Below, piece after piece: positions 49,277 to 60,221 of a stretch of DNA of 64,000 bases (positions are counted from its first letter, which is position 1; each line of letters opens with the position of its first letter). The translations under genes and the position numbers were made by a program. The stretch lies in NCBI GenBank assembly GCA_963835065.1, contig CAWIEK010000063.1:1-64000 (forward strand), in the 5' to 3' direction. The DNA is from an uncultured Chthonomonadaceae bacterium (GTDB lineage: Bacteria; Armatimonadota; Chthonomonadetes; Chthonomonadales; Chthonomonadaceae). The notes below the pieces were generated by a model. That model was not told the origin of the DNA. It saw only the letters and a list, made by a program, of their open reading frames with translations, and did not search any database.

Positions 49277-51982
49277 CTACTCGAACAACTCCCCGGTCAG
49301 ACGCGCCCATTGGATGCGGGTGATGTTGAAAGTCATTTGTTCGTTGGTTAGGCGGTCATAAGCCGCCAGGATTTGGCCCATGATGCGCCCCGGCTCGATT
49401 TCACGCCGGATAAGACCGGGCTTGCCCGTTTCCAGATACTCGATTTCTACGACGGTATGGGTTTTACTGGCCTGCATCAGCAGCGTTTTAATCAGCGTTT
49501 GGTTGCGCACGACATTGCTGACGGTTCCGCCGCCGGCAGGGGTCGCGCCTGGTGTTACGCTTGGCGTTTGCGTTTGCCAGGATTTGCCGTCTTCCTGCGC
49601 GATGCGATCCCAATCCAGCGTAGCGTCCACTTTGGCGGCGTACTTGGCCTTCTTTGCATCCACTTCAATGGGGATGGGAACCACAGGGGGCGCGTTTTTG
49701 GTTTTAAGGCTCAGAGTGGACTGCGGCTTATCATCGTCGGATACGGGCAGATACCCGGCCTTGCGCAGTTCGCGCAGGAGTTTGTCGGGATCGTCGGCCT
49801 TCAAGATCGCAACCGTATCGCTCAAACTGCGAACGAAATAGGGCTTCAATTCCCGCCGCGCTTCCAGTTCCTTGAGCAGCAGGGGCGTGTCTACCTGCAC
49901 ATACATTTGCGCCTTGCCGATGTGAATATGGCCGTGCTTGCCGCCCACATCATTAATAAGGTACTCGACGTTTTGCGGAATTCCCGTGCGGGCATGCCCC
50001 TGCAAAAACGCCAGCACGTCGCGGGTTTGCTCACCTTGATCCAAACAGCGCCGGATGCTGTCGCGCGTCAGGCTGACCGTGTTGCCCGTGCCACCCTTCG
50101 CCGGCGGCTCCGTCATGGCAAGCAGATGGTACAGCGTGGACGGTTCCAGATACGGCGACAGGAATATCTCGCCACTCGCCTGAACAATAAACTGATCCTC
50201 GCGCGGGTCCGGGGCGGGGGCGGGAGCGCCCATCACGCCCAACAGGAACCGTCCCATCGGCGTCAGGCGATACCCCGCCGCGTCCGGCAGCGTCGGTTTC
50301 TGCGCGGCAGCCCCGCGCAGGGAAGTTGAGGGTTGAGAAATTTCCGATTGACGATTGACGATTGACGATTGAGTGTCTGCCATCTTCTCTTCAGCGAGTT
50401 CGACCAGTCCTAACCAGTACAGGCACTCGCCGACCAGCAGGCGGATGAAGGCGGTGGGCGAGGAGACCAAATCGGATCCCATTGCCGCGCTGTGCGCCAG
50501 CAGCAAGGGGTACTGAAAGGTCAGCGTGTCGGAAATGGAATCCAGAGCGTAAAAGACTTCTTCGTTAGAAGAAGCATTAGAAGAAACGCTGTTGGCTGAA
50601 TTAGCGTTGGCAGAAGCATTGTCGGAAGAGCCAGTATTGGAAGAAGCGCTGTCTGATATATTGCTTTGCGGCGTGGGTTTGACGATCACGCTCAGGGCGG
50701 ATTGGCGCAGGCGCTGTATCGCTTCCTGCGAACGGTAATCGTTGGCTTTGTGGAGCGGGTCATTGTACATTTCGCTCCACAGCATGCCCTTGCGCCAGGC
50801 GTCCGTGAGCGCGCGGGTTTGCGCCAGGCTGTCCCAGGCCAGCCAGGAATTGCCTGCCGGGGTGATGGTATACACCTGTTTTTCGCCCTGCACGGCGATC
50901 AGGCCCGCTTCGCGGCACACGGCGTACAGAAAACTGGCGTAACGCTCTTCGGGAACGCTCAGGGTGCGCGCGAGGTTCTTCAGGCTGGTTTTGTGGATGT
51001 GTCCCGTGTTGGTGCGAACCGCGTCCTGCGCGCTGACATAGCCGAGCAGGGCGACCACGTCGCGCAGCAGGCCGGGATGCCGCGAAGTGCGTTCCGGCGA
51101 GGCGGGCAGGGGAACCGGCGCGGGAACCGGCCCTGTCCAGAAGTTTTGGTCGCCGCCCCCGCTCAGGGCGCGCAGCAGGTCGCCGGGAATCACCAGAAAC
51201 AGATTGTAGCCGTACCCGTAAGCGACGACGTGCAGAATACCGCGCGCTAAAAGGGTGTCAATGGCGTTGCGCTCGTTGCCCATTTTCCAGCGGTTTTGCC
51301 AGTCGTAGCGAAAGAAATCTTCTGTTCGCCCTTTCAGCGCCGTTGTCGCCACTTCCAGAGCGGTCGCGTCGCCATTCGACTGTACCATGAATTCCAGCAC
51401 GGCCACTTCGTCTTCCGTGAGCGGATTTTTGAAGGACATGGTACGCGCATGTTCCATTAAATAGGATTTAATAGCCCGCACGTTGAGAGGCTTGGTTTCC
51501 TGCGGCAATCCCAGCGTGGCGCAAATGCGCTTCAGGCTCTGGGCGTCGTACTGATCCAGGCAGCGTTCCAGCGTATACCGATCCGAAAGCGACGCGGGAA
51601 TGTAGGAGCGGGCGGCGTCCGGCAGCAACGCCTGAGCGCCCACCCGAAAGGCCAATCCGAGTTCTTCGAGACGACTGAGCGTGGCGCTGACCGCCAACTC
51701 CACGCTCTGCCCGCCCGCCATTTCCAGCAGCTTATCCCACGCCATCGCCTGCCCGATTTCCGTAATCATCAGCAATTGCAGCAGGCGCAGTTCGCGCGCG
51801 TTGCACTGCGTAATGGCATCCGAAAGGGACGTGGGCTTGTTGAGTTCGGCGCTGAGGAACTGCGCCAGTTGGCGTTTGTTGGGAATCAGCGCCAGTTTCT
51901 TCGCGTCCATGCGCCGCGCCTGCACCAGTTTGCGCAAAGTTTCCGTCGGCAGGTTGTAAAGCGCTTCCACCAAAGAGGGCAT
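49277..51982 (-). CDS. helicase-associated domain (XPB/Ssl2 N-terminal-like) protein with C-terminal WYL domain
   Basis: IVQASGEI; SLTRDSIRR.LDQG...L.FL..H....IPQNVEYLI; C-terminal EIEY....R.IEP.......YDRL....TFNI.RI. Confidence 0.78.
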   Translation of the reverse strand: MPSLVEALYNLPTETLRKLVQARRMDAKKLALIPNKRQLAQFLSAELNKPTSLSDAITQCNARELRLLQLLMITEIGQAMAWDKLLEMAGGQSVELAVSATLSRLEELGLAFRVGAQALLPDAARSYIPASLSDRYTLERCLDQYDAQSLKRICATLGLPQETKPLNVRAIKSYLMEHARTMSFKNPLTEDEVAVLEFMVQSNGDATALEVATTALKGRTEDFFRYDWQNRWKMGNERNAIDTLLARGILHVVAYGYGYNLFLVIPGDLLRALSGGGDQNFWTGPVPAPVPLPASPERTSRHPGLLRDVVALLGYVSAQDAVRTNTGHIHKTSLKNLARTLSVPEERYASFLYAVCREAGLIAVQGEKQVYTITPAGNSWLAWDSLAQTRALTDAWRKGMLWSEMYNDPLHKANDYRSQEAIQRLRQSALSVIVKPTPQSNISDSASSNTGSSDNASANANSANSVSSNASSNEEVFYALDSISDTLTFQYPLLLAHSAAMGSDLVSSPTAFIRLLVGECLYWLGLVELAEEKMADTQSSIVNRQSEISQPSTSLRGAAAQKPTLPDAAGYRLTPMGRFLLGVMGAPAPAPDPREDQFIVQASGEIFLSPYLEPSTLYHLLAMTEPPAKGGTGNTVSLTRDSIRRCLDQGEQTRDVLAFLQGHARTGIPQNVEYLINDVGGKHGHIHIGKAQMYVQVDTPLLLKELEARRELKPYFVRSLSDTVAILKADDPDKLLRELRKAGYLPVSDDDKPQSTLSLKTKNAPPVVPIPIEVDAKKAKYAAKVDATLDWDRIAQEDGKSWQTQTPSVTPGATPAGGGTVSNVVRNQTLIKTLLMQASKTHTVVEIEYLETGKPGLIRREIEPGRIMGQILAAYDRLTNEQMTFNITRIQWARLTGELFE

Positions 51983-52195
51983 TATGATACATTCCTAAAC
52001 TGCGAAATTTGATCTTTTGGAATCTAAGCAAAAGAAAAGGCAAGAGATATTGTAGCATATACGGGCTTGAACAGGGCGCAAATTAATCGGGGCGTTAGGG
52101 TAAGCGCATCTTAATCTCATTCTAGCGAACACGCAATTCACCGATGAGATAGGAAAAATACATCGCGCGCCGGCCCTGACCAACCCGCAACCTCC

Positions 52196-52224
52196 TTGAC
52201 CTCGGTGCGATTCTCTAGTATAAT
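52196..52224 (+). promoter_or_regulatory. sigma70-type promoter
   Basis: TTGACC-17-TATAAT upstream of the DUF951 operon. Confidence 0.65.
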
Positions 52225-52309
52225 GGAATGTTGCCTGCCACTCAGGTAGACATTGCTGTACTTGCTTGTTTGAGTTTACGTTTTAGATTTATGTTTGAAG
52301 TGACGACCT

Positions 52310-52546
52310 ATGACACAGCGAATTCACGTCGTAGTCGGGATGCGGGTCAAACTGCGCAAGCCGCACCCATGCGGCAGCGAGGAATGGACGGTCACGCGAA
52401 CCGGAGCCGATGTGGGTCTCGCGTGCGCGGGATGTGGCCGGCGCGTCATGCTGGAACGCGAAGAATTCGAGCGGCGAGTGAAGCAGATTGTACAAGACGG
52501 TTTGTTGCCGGACGCGAAAGTGACGCCCGACAAACCCGTGGAATAA
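52310..52546 (+). CDS. DUF951 domain protein
   Basis: LRKPHPCGSEEW.V.R.GAD..L.C.GCGR.VML.R..FE. Confidence 0.9.
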   Translation: MTQRIHVVVGMRVKLRKPHPCGSEEWTVTRTGADVGLACAGCGRRVMLEREEFERRVKQIVQDGLLPDAKVTPDKPVE

Positions 52547-52555
52547 GTGATTTCT

Positions 52556-54181
52556 ATGGTTCAACAACATCAACGGCGGCGTAATACGCGCCGTAAGCGG
52601 CAAGCCCGCGCCCTCTGCCTGGCGTTTGCAATGACGCTCCTGCTTGGCTGCGTGGTGGCGCAGCGTTTTGCGCATACTCAACAGGGCCGGACGCGCGCCA
52701 AGGCAATGCGGCTGACGCCGGTTCGTTATCAGGCGCGAACAACACAAGCGGCGGAGCAGTCCACTCCCCCGGCTTCGGTTCCCTCGGTTTCCGTTCTGGT
52801 GGACGCGCGGGAAACTGCTGCCGCCGACCTGCCTTCGCTGACCGACGCGCTGCGCGGGTCTGCCCTGTCCCCCGACATTCTCAGCGCGGTTACCAGCCCT
52901 TCCGATACGATTTCAAAGGCGCGTCCCAATTGGTTTGATTGGGCGCATCTGGATGCCAAACGCGCCCACCTTCAGGTAAACGCCGCCCCCACGATTGACG
53001 CGAATAGCCTGGGCGCGTACGCCACGCGCGGTGATTGGGGAATGTCACTGTGCCTGGTCAACAAAACCAATGCCCGCTTGCTGACAACCGCGCAACTTCG
53101 CCTGCCAGGCGGCGTCTATACCATTGAGCGGCTCACGTTAGGGGCAGAAGAGAAGAAGAGAAGAAGAGAAGAAGAGAAGACGGAGGAGGGAACAGGGAAC
53201 AGGGAACAGGAAACAGAAAGAAATGCTGAACGCGGAATGATGAATGATGAATTGAATTCCCATTCATCACTCATCACTCAGCACTCAGCATTGTCTTCCC
53301 CCTCAACCCTCAACTCTCAACCCTCAACTCACTTAGCCCGTCTCGAAGGCTGCGATTTCGGCAGCGCGGGAACGGTTCGCAAGGTGTTTTGTTTGGAGCC
53401 GGGGCAGGTGTGTATTTATCGCTGCATGGACTCGGCGCGGGAAGCGCGGGGGGCGTGGTACGATGTATTTGCGCAATTGCGCGTGATGGGAGCGCGGCAG
53501 TCCGGGCCGGCGCGGCGCTTGAGTACCATGCTGCGCGAAGCGAACGGGTATGTGGCGGGCGTACGCGGCGGGGGCGGCAAATACGGGCGCGACTCGCGGC
53601 TGGAATGTGTCCACCATCTGCTGCTCATCACCGCGCAGGCGCACTCGCTGCACCATAATTACCAGATGCGGCACACCGTAGACGAGGAAACTGGAAATCA
53701 CGTGATGGCAGCGCTGGATCGCCTGACCACGTCGCTTTCCGAAACCAGCGCGGCCCTGTTGGGCCTGGTTCCGCAGGTATCGGTTGCCTCCAATCCCGTT
53801 TCAAGCGCTCAAGCGCGAACCATAGGCGCGACGCGGGAACAAACGGAAACTTTCACAGCGAATAAAAAGGAATTCAATCCCAACGCGCCGAATATGCAGA
53901 TGCGTCCTGAACGCGCCGTCACGGTTTCTCTGGAAAATACGGGCGGGCGCAGCGTCAGCAACGTCAAATTGGGTTTGAACATGGCCGGGATGTCAGGCGG
54001 CTTGACCTGTGAGCCTGCCGACCCCGCTTATTTCGATGTCCTTCGTCCCGGTCAAAGCATCCGCGCCGTCTTTCATGTGCGCAGCGTATCGGGCGCGGAT
54101 TTGTCAGACACGCTGTTTACGGGCGATGTCTCCTATTTTGCAGGCACGGCTCCCGCGCACTTGCGCCCGCGCGCCTGGTGA
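52556..54181 (+). CDS. hypothetical membrane-anchored/secreted protein with in-frame short-repeat insertion
   Basis: long ORF in operon; N-terminal hydrophobic segment; Ig-like C-terminus; start codon uncertain. Confidence 0.65.
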   Translation: MVQQHQRRRNTRRKRQARALCLAFAMTLLLGCVVAQRFAHTQQGRTRAKAMRLTPVRYQARTTQAAEQSTPPASVPSVSVLVDARETAAADLPSLTDALRGSALSPDILSAVTSPSDTISKARPNWFDWAHLDAKRAHLQVNAAPTIDANSLGAYATRGDWGMSLCLVNKTNARLLTTAQLRLPGGVYTIERLTLGAEEKKRRREEEKTEEGTGNREQETERNAERGMMNDELNSHSSLITQHSALSSPSTLNSQPSTHLARLEGCDFGSAGTVRKVFCLEPGQVCIYRCMDSAREARGAWYDVFAQLRVMGARQSGPARRLSTMLREANGYVAGVRGGGGKYGRDSRLECVHHLLLITAQAHSLHHNYQMRHTVDEETGNHVMAALDRLTTSLSETSAALLGLVPQVSVASNPVSSAQARTIGATREQTETFTANKKEFNPNAPNMQMRPERAVTVSLENTGGRSVSNVKLGLNMAGMSGGLTCEPADPAYFDVLRPGQSIRAVFHVRSVSGADLSDTLFTGDVSYFAGTAPAHLRPRAW

Positions 54182-54207
54182 TCAGTTACGAATTTAAGGT
54201 TTAAACT

Positions 54208-55933
54208 ATGCTTACAACTTCTATTCGAACTCGCGCGTTGTGTCGCTTTGGGCGGCCTCATTTGCTGCTGGCCCTTCTGGCGCTGTTTGGGCTGCTGGCG
54301 TTTACCGGCAGCAGCGTCCGCGCCGATGTGAAAGTCAACTTTGAACAAAAAGACGGCGGCAAAGTCAGCGACGTCGTGAAACTGGTCGTCAAGGCGGAAA
54401 GCGCATCCGGCATTGACAAAGTGGAGTTCCGCATTGACGACCAGTTGAAATACACCGACACCAGTACGCCCTACGAGTACGATTGGGATACGCTGGCCGA
54501 CAAGGAAGGGCAGCACACGCTGACCGCAACCGCCTTTGACTCCGACGGCCAAACGGCTCGCGCCACCATCAAGCTCACGGTTGACAACGAACTCAACGTG
54601 GGCGCGGATACGCTGGCAAAACGGGCGCAGGAGGCTCTGGCGAACAAGGATGTCGAGGGCGCGAAAAAGTTCAGCCGCCGCGCCCTGAAAGCCGATCCCG
54701 GCAACCTCAACGCCGCCCGCTCGCTGGCAGGAATTTATGTCGCCGGGCAGGATTACGATAAGGCGATTGCCACGCTGGACAAAGCGACGGGACTGGACAA
54801 CGATGCGACAGCCATGACCGATTTGGCCTCCTATCGGATGCGCCGCGCTCTTCAGCCCGATAACGCGCCCAAGTTCTTCAGCGAAGCGCAAACCGCCGCC
54901 GAACTGCGCCGTAAAGCCGGCGATTTGCTTGTGGCGGACATTGCCAAAAAGAACGCCGGCACAGATACGCCCGCCGCCCATGACGCCATCGGGGATGCGA
55001 TGATGCGGGCCGGGCGTTTCCACGATGCCGCTGCCGAATACTCCAAATCCGGTACCGGTGACGCCACGCCCATTCCCAGCATTAACCGCTACGGCCTTGC
55101 CTTAGTCATGGACAATCGCCCACTGGATGCCATTTCCGCCTTGCGCAACCTTCAGTTGGGCAAGCGCGACGATGCGCAGTCCCGCGCTATCATCGGGCTG
55201 GCGAACCTGCGGATGCAGCATTTTGCGGAAGCCCGCGATGCCGTAAAGCAGGACTTGCCCGACCATGTTCTGGCCTCGCTGATCGTCGCCTCGTATGCGG
55301 ACACGGCTCTGAGCGGCGCGTATAACACCCCTGCGGAGCGCAAACTCGCCGTTACGGCCCGCAAACTGGCGATTGACGAAGCCACGGACGCGGTTGCCCT
55401 TCAGCCCAATCTGGCGGAAACGCAGTACGCTTTCGCCATCGCGTCCACCAAAACCGAAGAGTCCGACGCGGCTCTCAGCAAAGCGCTGTACATCTCGCCC
55501 TTCGAAACCGGGCCGTACCTGGATTACGCTACCGAACAGGTATTCCAGAAGCGGCAGGATCGGTACGATCAGGCGCTGAATCTGACCGACCTGGTATTGA
55601 AGCAGGAGCCGGAAAACGTTCAGGCCAAGCTGACGCAGGCGCTTATCTACATCTACCAGAAGCGGTATACGGAAGCGCAGCCGCTGCTGGCCGACCTGCA
55701 AAAGAAGTACCCCGACTCGCCCGACGTGCTGACCACGATTGGCGTATTTTATCAGGCTAAAGGCAACAACGCCAATGCGGGCCAGTTCTTTGAGGCCGTG
55801 CGCAAATCCGACCAGAAACGCTTCAACTACACCATTCCGCCCACTGCGCTGGAACTGCTGCTGCGCCTGCGCGTCCTGCACTACCGCGCCGACTTCTTCC
55901 TGACGCCCGCCGCGCTGTATCCGGCTACGAGCT

Positions 55934-55935
<2 letters not shown>
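54208..55935 (+). CDS. secreted Ig-like (Big) domain plus TPR protein
   Basis: GIDKVEF.ID......D.S.PY.Y.WDT....G.HTL.A.A.D; TPR helices. Confidence 0.82.
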
Positions 55936-56074
<139 letters not shown>

Positions 56075-56076
56075 CC

Positions 56077-56862
56077 ATGAACACTCCTCCCCCCGGTTCG
56101 CCAATTGAAGAAGACGCCGCGTTTGTCGAGATTGCGCCGCTGTACGACATGCTGATGACGGGTGTGCCGTATACGGAATGGATCGTGTACTTACGCAAAC
56201 TGCTGGACGAGCGCAAGGCGCGGCCCCGGCAGGTGTTGGATTTGGCGTGCGGCACGGGCAATGTGTCGGAACTGCTGGCCGGCGAAGGCTTTGCCGTGAC
56301 GGGCGTGGATATTGCGCCGGGCATGATCGCGCAGGCGCAGGCGAAAGCGGCACAGGCGAATTTGCCGATTGCGTATGCGGTGCAGGACGCGGCTCTGCTG
56401 GATCTGCCGGGCAAGCGGTTCGATTTGTGCGTGTCCCTCTTCGACAGCCTCAACTACATCACCGACCCCCTCCGATTGCAGATGGCGATGGAGCGCGTGG
56501 CCGCGCACCTGACCCGCAACGGCCTGTTCATCTTCGACCTCAATACGGAATACGCCCTTGCCAACCACTTCTTTGACCAGAACAACCTGAGCAGCAAGGA
56601 CCGCCTGCTGTACGACTGGAAAAGCGACTTCGATCCGCAAACGCGCCTGTGCCGGGTCCACATGAACTTTCGCTATACGGCGGAAGAGGGAACGGAGCGC
56701 GTATTCGAGGAAGTCCACTGGCAGTACGCTTACCGCACGGAGGAGATCGTTGCCATGCTGGAGCAGGCGGGTTTCGACCAGATCGCCACCTACAAAGCCT
56801 ACACCCTGCGCCAGCCCGTCCGCACTTCCGACCGCATCTTCTACGTCGCCCGCCGCCCGTAA
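56077..56862 (+). CDS. class I SAM-dependent methyltransferase
   Basis: VLDLACGTG, GVDI..GM, FDSLNY, GLFIFD. Confidence 0.92.
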   Translation: MNTPPPGSPIEEDAAFVEIAPLYDMLMTGVPYTEWIVYLRKLLDERKARPRQVLDLACGTGNVSELLAGEGFAVTGVDIAPGMIAQAQAKAAQANLPIAYAVQDAALLDLPGKRFDLCVSLFDSLNYITDPLRLQMAMERVAAHLTRNGLFIFDLNTEYALANHFFDQNNLSSKDRLLYDWKSDFDPQTRLCRVHMNFRYTAEEGTERVFEEVHWQYAYRTEEIVAMLEQAGFDQIATYKAYTLRQPVRTSDRIFYVARRP

Positions 56863-57158
56863 GGGCTTTGCCATGAACAGAAGCAAGCATTTGTTGGTGA
56901 AGGTAGAACAGGAAGATACCGGCTGAAACAGCAGTGGTTTACACGGTTTGACCATCATGGAGATTGTCTAAACTGAATGGCTACCTTCTTATGGAAGTAT
57001 TGCGAAGCCGTTATTAATCGTGTGCGTTATGGATCGTTGCCAAAGGCAGAAGCGCGGATACGCGACAAGACAAGCGGGGAAACAGTTGTTGTCTTCACAG
57101 TCAGCGACGCTTTTGTGTTTACAGGAATGGTTTATAATGTTCGCAGGAGGACAGGAAC

Positions 57159-57398
57159 ATGAGTCTGACACTCGACGATACACGCCTGCTATATAGCCCA
57201 ACTTGTGCCTTATGTAAGCACCTCAAATCCGCTATGACGCCGATGTGTGATGCTTTTCCCACAGAAAACGGCATCCCGGACGAAATCTGGACGGGAAGGA
57301 ACGATCATCATCAGCCCTATCCCGGTGATCACGGTATTCAGTTTGAACATCGGAAGCAACCGACCAAAGCGGCGTCACAAGAAACCGTTTCGCGTTGA
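57159..57398 (+). CDS. small Cys/His-motif protein, copy 1 (79 aa)
   Basis: CALCKH..CDAFPTENGIP.EIW.G.NDH.QPYPGDHGI.FE; AGGAGG RBS; TATAAT 57133. Confidence 0.8.
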   Translation: MSLTLDDTRLLYSPTCALCKHLKSAMTPMCDAFPTENGIPDEIWTGRNDHHQPYPGDHGIQFEHRKQPTKAASQETVSR

Positions 57399-57444
57399 TG
57401 CTGTTGTAGCAATGGCGGCTGCCCCGCCCAGTCTAATAAAATCG

Positions 57445-57490
57445 CCTGCGCCCTCCCGTCTGCATCTTCTACGTCGCCCGCCGCCCGTGA
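57445..57490 (+). repeat. duplicate of the methyltransferase 3' end
   Basis: GCATCTTCTACGTCGCCCGCCGCCCGT identical at 56834-56860 and 57462-57488, with further degenerate match upstream. Confidence 0.9.
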
Positions 57491-57500
57491 GGTGTTGCTT

Positions 57501-58340
57501 ATGCCCTGCGCCCTTGTGCTGCCATTGAAACCTCTGAATGTCGCGCCGATGCCCGAAGCCGTCAATGACTGCGCCCACGCCGCGTTTTTCGCACTGATTG
57601 ACAGCGTGGATGCGTTGTTGGCGCAGCGTCTGCATGGCATGGAGGAGCGCAAGCCGTTCACGCTGTGCCCGCTGTACGGAGAACCGCGCGGCAAGGATGC
57701 GCGGACGGGCGGCCCCCTTGTGCCAAGCGGCCTGCGCCTGACCCTGCTGGATGACGCGCTGTTTGCGGTTGTCGCGCACGCGCTGCTGGCGAATACAGCC
57801 GGGGCAATCCTGCGGCTGGGTGAGGCGCATTTCACGCCAACGGCGGTGTGGGTGACGGCGGACGCGCATCCGCTGGCGGGGCAGGCGGCGTATGCGGATT
57901 TGTACGGGAAGGTGGAGTCGCCCGAAACATTGACCGTGACCTTTGAAACGCCAACAGTGTTTCGGTCGCAGAAGCGCGATGTGCTGTGGCCGGAGGCGCG
58001 TTTGCTGTGGCAGTCGTGGGCGCGGGCATGGGCGGCGTTTGCGCCTTCCGTGTGCCGTCTGCCGGACGAAGCGCAAATTCTGGACTGGGCGACGCAAACG
58101 GGGGTGACAGGGCATAAACTGCAAACGCGAACCGTGCCGTTGACGGGAAGCGGGCAGGCGGGTTTCACGGGGTTTTGCGCCTACGACCTGAGCGCCCTGC
58201 CCCTGGAAGCGCGGCGAACCTTGAATACTCTGGCCGCCTTCGCCTTTTACGCGGGCACGGGCCGCAAAACCGCGATGGGCATGGGGCAAACGCGCTGCCA
58301 GCCGAACCAGCGCAAGCAAGGGATAAGGGATAAGAGATAA
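57501..58340 (+). CDS. cas6: CRISPR endoribonuclease Cas6
   Basis: KPFT, F.TPT.F, GFTG...Y, Gly-rich loop FAFYAGTGRKTAMGMGQ; adjacent to array. Confidence 0.92.
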   Translation: MPCALVLPLKPLNVAPMPEAVNDCAHAAFFALIDSVDALLAQRLHGMEERKPFTLCPLYGEPRGKDARTGGPLVPSGLRLTLLDDALFAVVAHALLANTAGAILRLGEAHFTPTAVWVTADAHPLAGQAAYADLYGKVESPETLTVTFETPTVFRSQKRDVLWPEARLLWQSWARAWAAFAPSVCRLPDEAQILDWATQTGVTGHKLQTRTVPLTGSGQAGFTGFCAYDLSALPLEARRTLNTLAAFAFYAGTGRKTAMGMGQTRCQPNQRKQGIRDKR

Positions 58341-58744
58341 GAGTATGTAGAGTCATCGTCGAAATCTTGGCAATGCAGCGCTTCCAGCCCGATGTCTCAT
58401 TGTGTCAAATTGTAGGAGAGAGGCGTCGTGGCCTCCAAAGCGTCAGGGCGAACGGGAGGGGTGGGACATGGGCCTGTACCTCCTTTGCTGAGTGAGTAGT
58501 TGATAGTTGATAGTTGATAGTTGATAGGAACTACCAACGTTCAGCCTTTGTGCCTGGATAGTAGACACTTGTGCTATTTAGACAGGATGTGTGGGGAAAA
58601 GGTTCACTGTTTTTGTGTTGTTTGGCTCTTTTTTTCATCTTTTTTCCATCTTTTTTGCTGGATGGTTGCTGTTGGCGTCGGGCAGGAAAGGGGAGAGGGC
58701 GCTTGCCTATTCCGGTTGGACCGGCAGGATTTGCCTGCCTGCCG

Positions 58745-58922
58745 GCGCGAACCGGAAGTGATGGCGGCGCACGGTAGAGGTTCGCGCTGGTTAGGAGGCG
58801 TTACACCGACAATTCCTGTCAGGAAGCGGTGAAATCATCAAAACGGTCGAAAAATATTTGCAAAAAAGTGGTAAAAGAAGGAGGAATATGTCAATCAAAG
58901 GCAGAATCAAGGCATACTACCC
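58745..58922 (+). promoter_or_regulatory. leader of CRISPR array 1
   Basis: non-coding, A-rich; GCGCGAACC/GGTTCGCGC inverted motif; TCGAAAAA..GCAAAAAAGTG shared with leader 2. Confidence 0.65.
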
Positions 58923-60159
58923 GTTGCAACGCCCGTTTGCCCCTCACGGGGATTGAAACCGCTTAACTACATTCGCGAATCTTGAGTAACATTACGCCTC
59001 GTTGCAACGCCCGTTTGCCCCTCACGGGGATTGAAACTGCCGTCTGGAACGCGCCTGTCTACCTGTTCTGGGCGTTTCGTTGCAACGCCCGTTTGCCCCT
59101 CACGGGGATTGAAACCCTTGATTGCGTCAGCATCGATCGTCGAAGCATTTCATGTTGCAACGCCCGTTTGCCCCTCACGGGGATTGAAACCTTGACTCAA
59201 ACTGTGTAGTGATGTCACGTTGTCTTGTTGCAACGCCCGTTTGCCCCTCACGGGGATTGAAACCTGACACAATGTTGCAACTCGCATTCATGCGTTAACG
59301 TTGCAACGCCCGTTTGCCCCTCACGGGGATTGAAACATGCGTCTCGGCATGACTCGTACTCTAAGTACGCGTTGCAACGCCCGTTTGCCCCTCACGGGGA
59401 TTGAAACCGCAACATGCGCACTGCGCAGGTTGCAACGCCCGTTGCCTCTCACGGGGATTGACAACGCTCGATCTGCCAGTGCACGGCAGGTTGCAACGCC
59501 CGTTTGCCCCTCACGGGGATTGAAACGTCATTCGGCAGCATGCGTAAGCCAGGTTGCAACGCCCGTTTGCCCCTCACGGGGATTGAAACATCATTTGCTG
59601 CGTATCGTTATCAACGCGGATTGGGCATGATTGGCAAGTGTATGCAACGTCCGTTCGTTTGCCCCTCACGGGGATTGAAACTCTGTCAAGCTGCGATGCG
59701 GCAGTTGCAACGCCCGTTGCCCCTACGGGGATTGAACATTCGAATCGCGGCGCTAATCAGTTGCAACGCCCGTTTGCCCCTCACGGGGATTGAAACGATC
59801 TGCCAGCGCGTTGTCAGACATCGAGCATTGCGTTGCAACGCCCGTTTGCCCCTCACGGGGATTGAAACATCCGAACCTGCCGGATACCGCTCTCGTTGCA
59901 ACGCCCGTTTGCCCCTCACGGGGATTGAACGATGCCACCTGCAGCGTTCTGGCGCAGGTTGCAACGCCCGTTTGCCCCTCACGGGGATTGAAACCTTTGC
60001 AAGCCGGTCTTCCATGTACGCCAGGCTCACGTTGCAAGCGTTGCGCCGTGTGAATTGCAACGCCCGTTTGCCCCTCACGGGGATTGAAACTCAGACGGTT
60101 GTAATGTCGGCAGCGAAACTTTGTTGCAACGCCCGTTTGCCCCTCACGGGGATTGAAAC
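58923..60159 (+). CRISPR. CRISPR array 1, 18 repeats, consensus GTTGCAACGCCCGTTTGCCCCTCACGGGGATTGAAAC (37 nt)
   Basis: repeats at 58923, 59001, 59079 ... 60123; spacers 21-60 nt; several central repeats carry indels. Confidence 0.97.
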
Positions 60160-60221
60160 TTAGGCGACAGCGGCAAATTGGTGTACAATAGAAAAAACCG
60201 TTCGGAGAAGGAGGCCAGGCT

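Noticed and set aside
56077..56862. Methyltransferase as a Cas ancillary (SAM-related) gene
   Set aside because: Looks like a common housekeeping class I MTase ending the upstream operon; adjacency to cas6 alone is insufficient.
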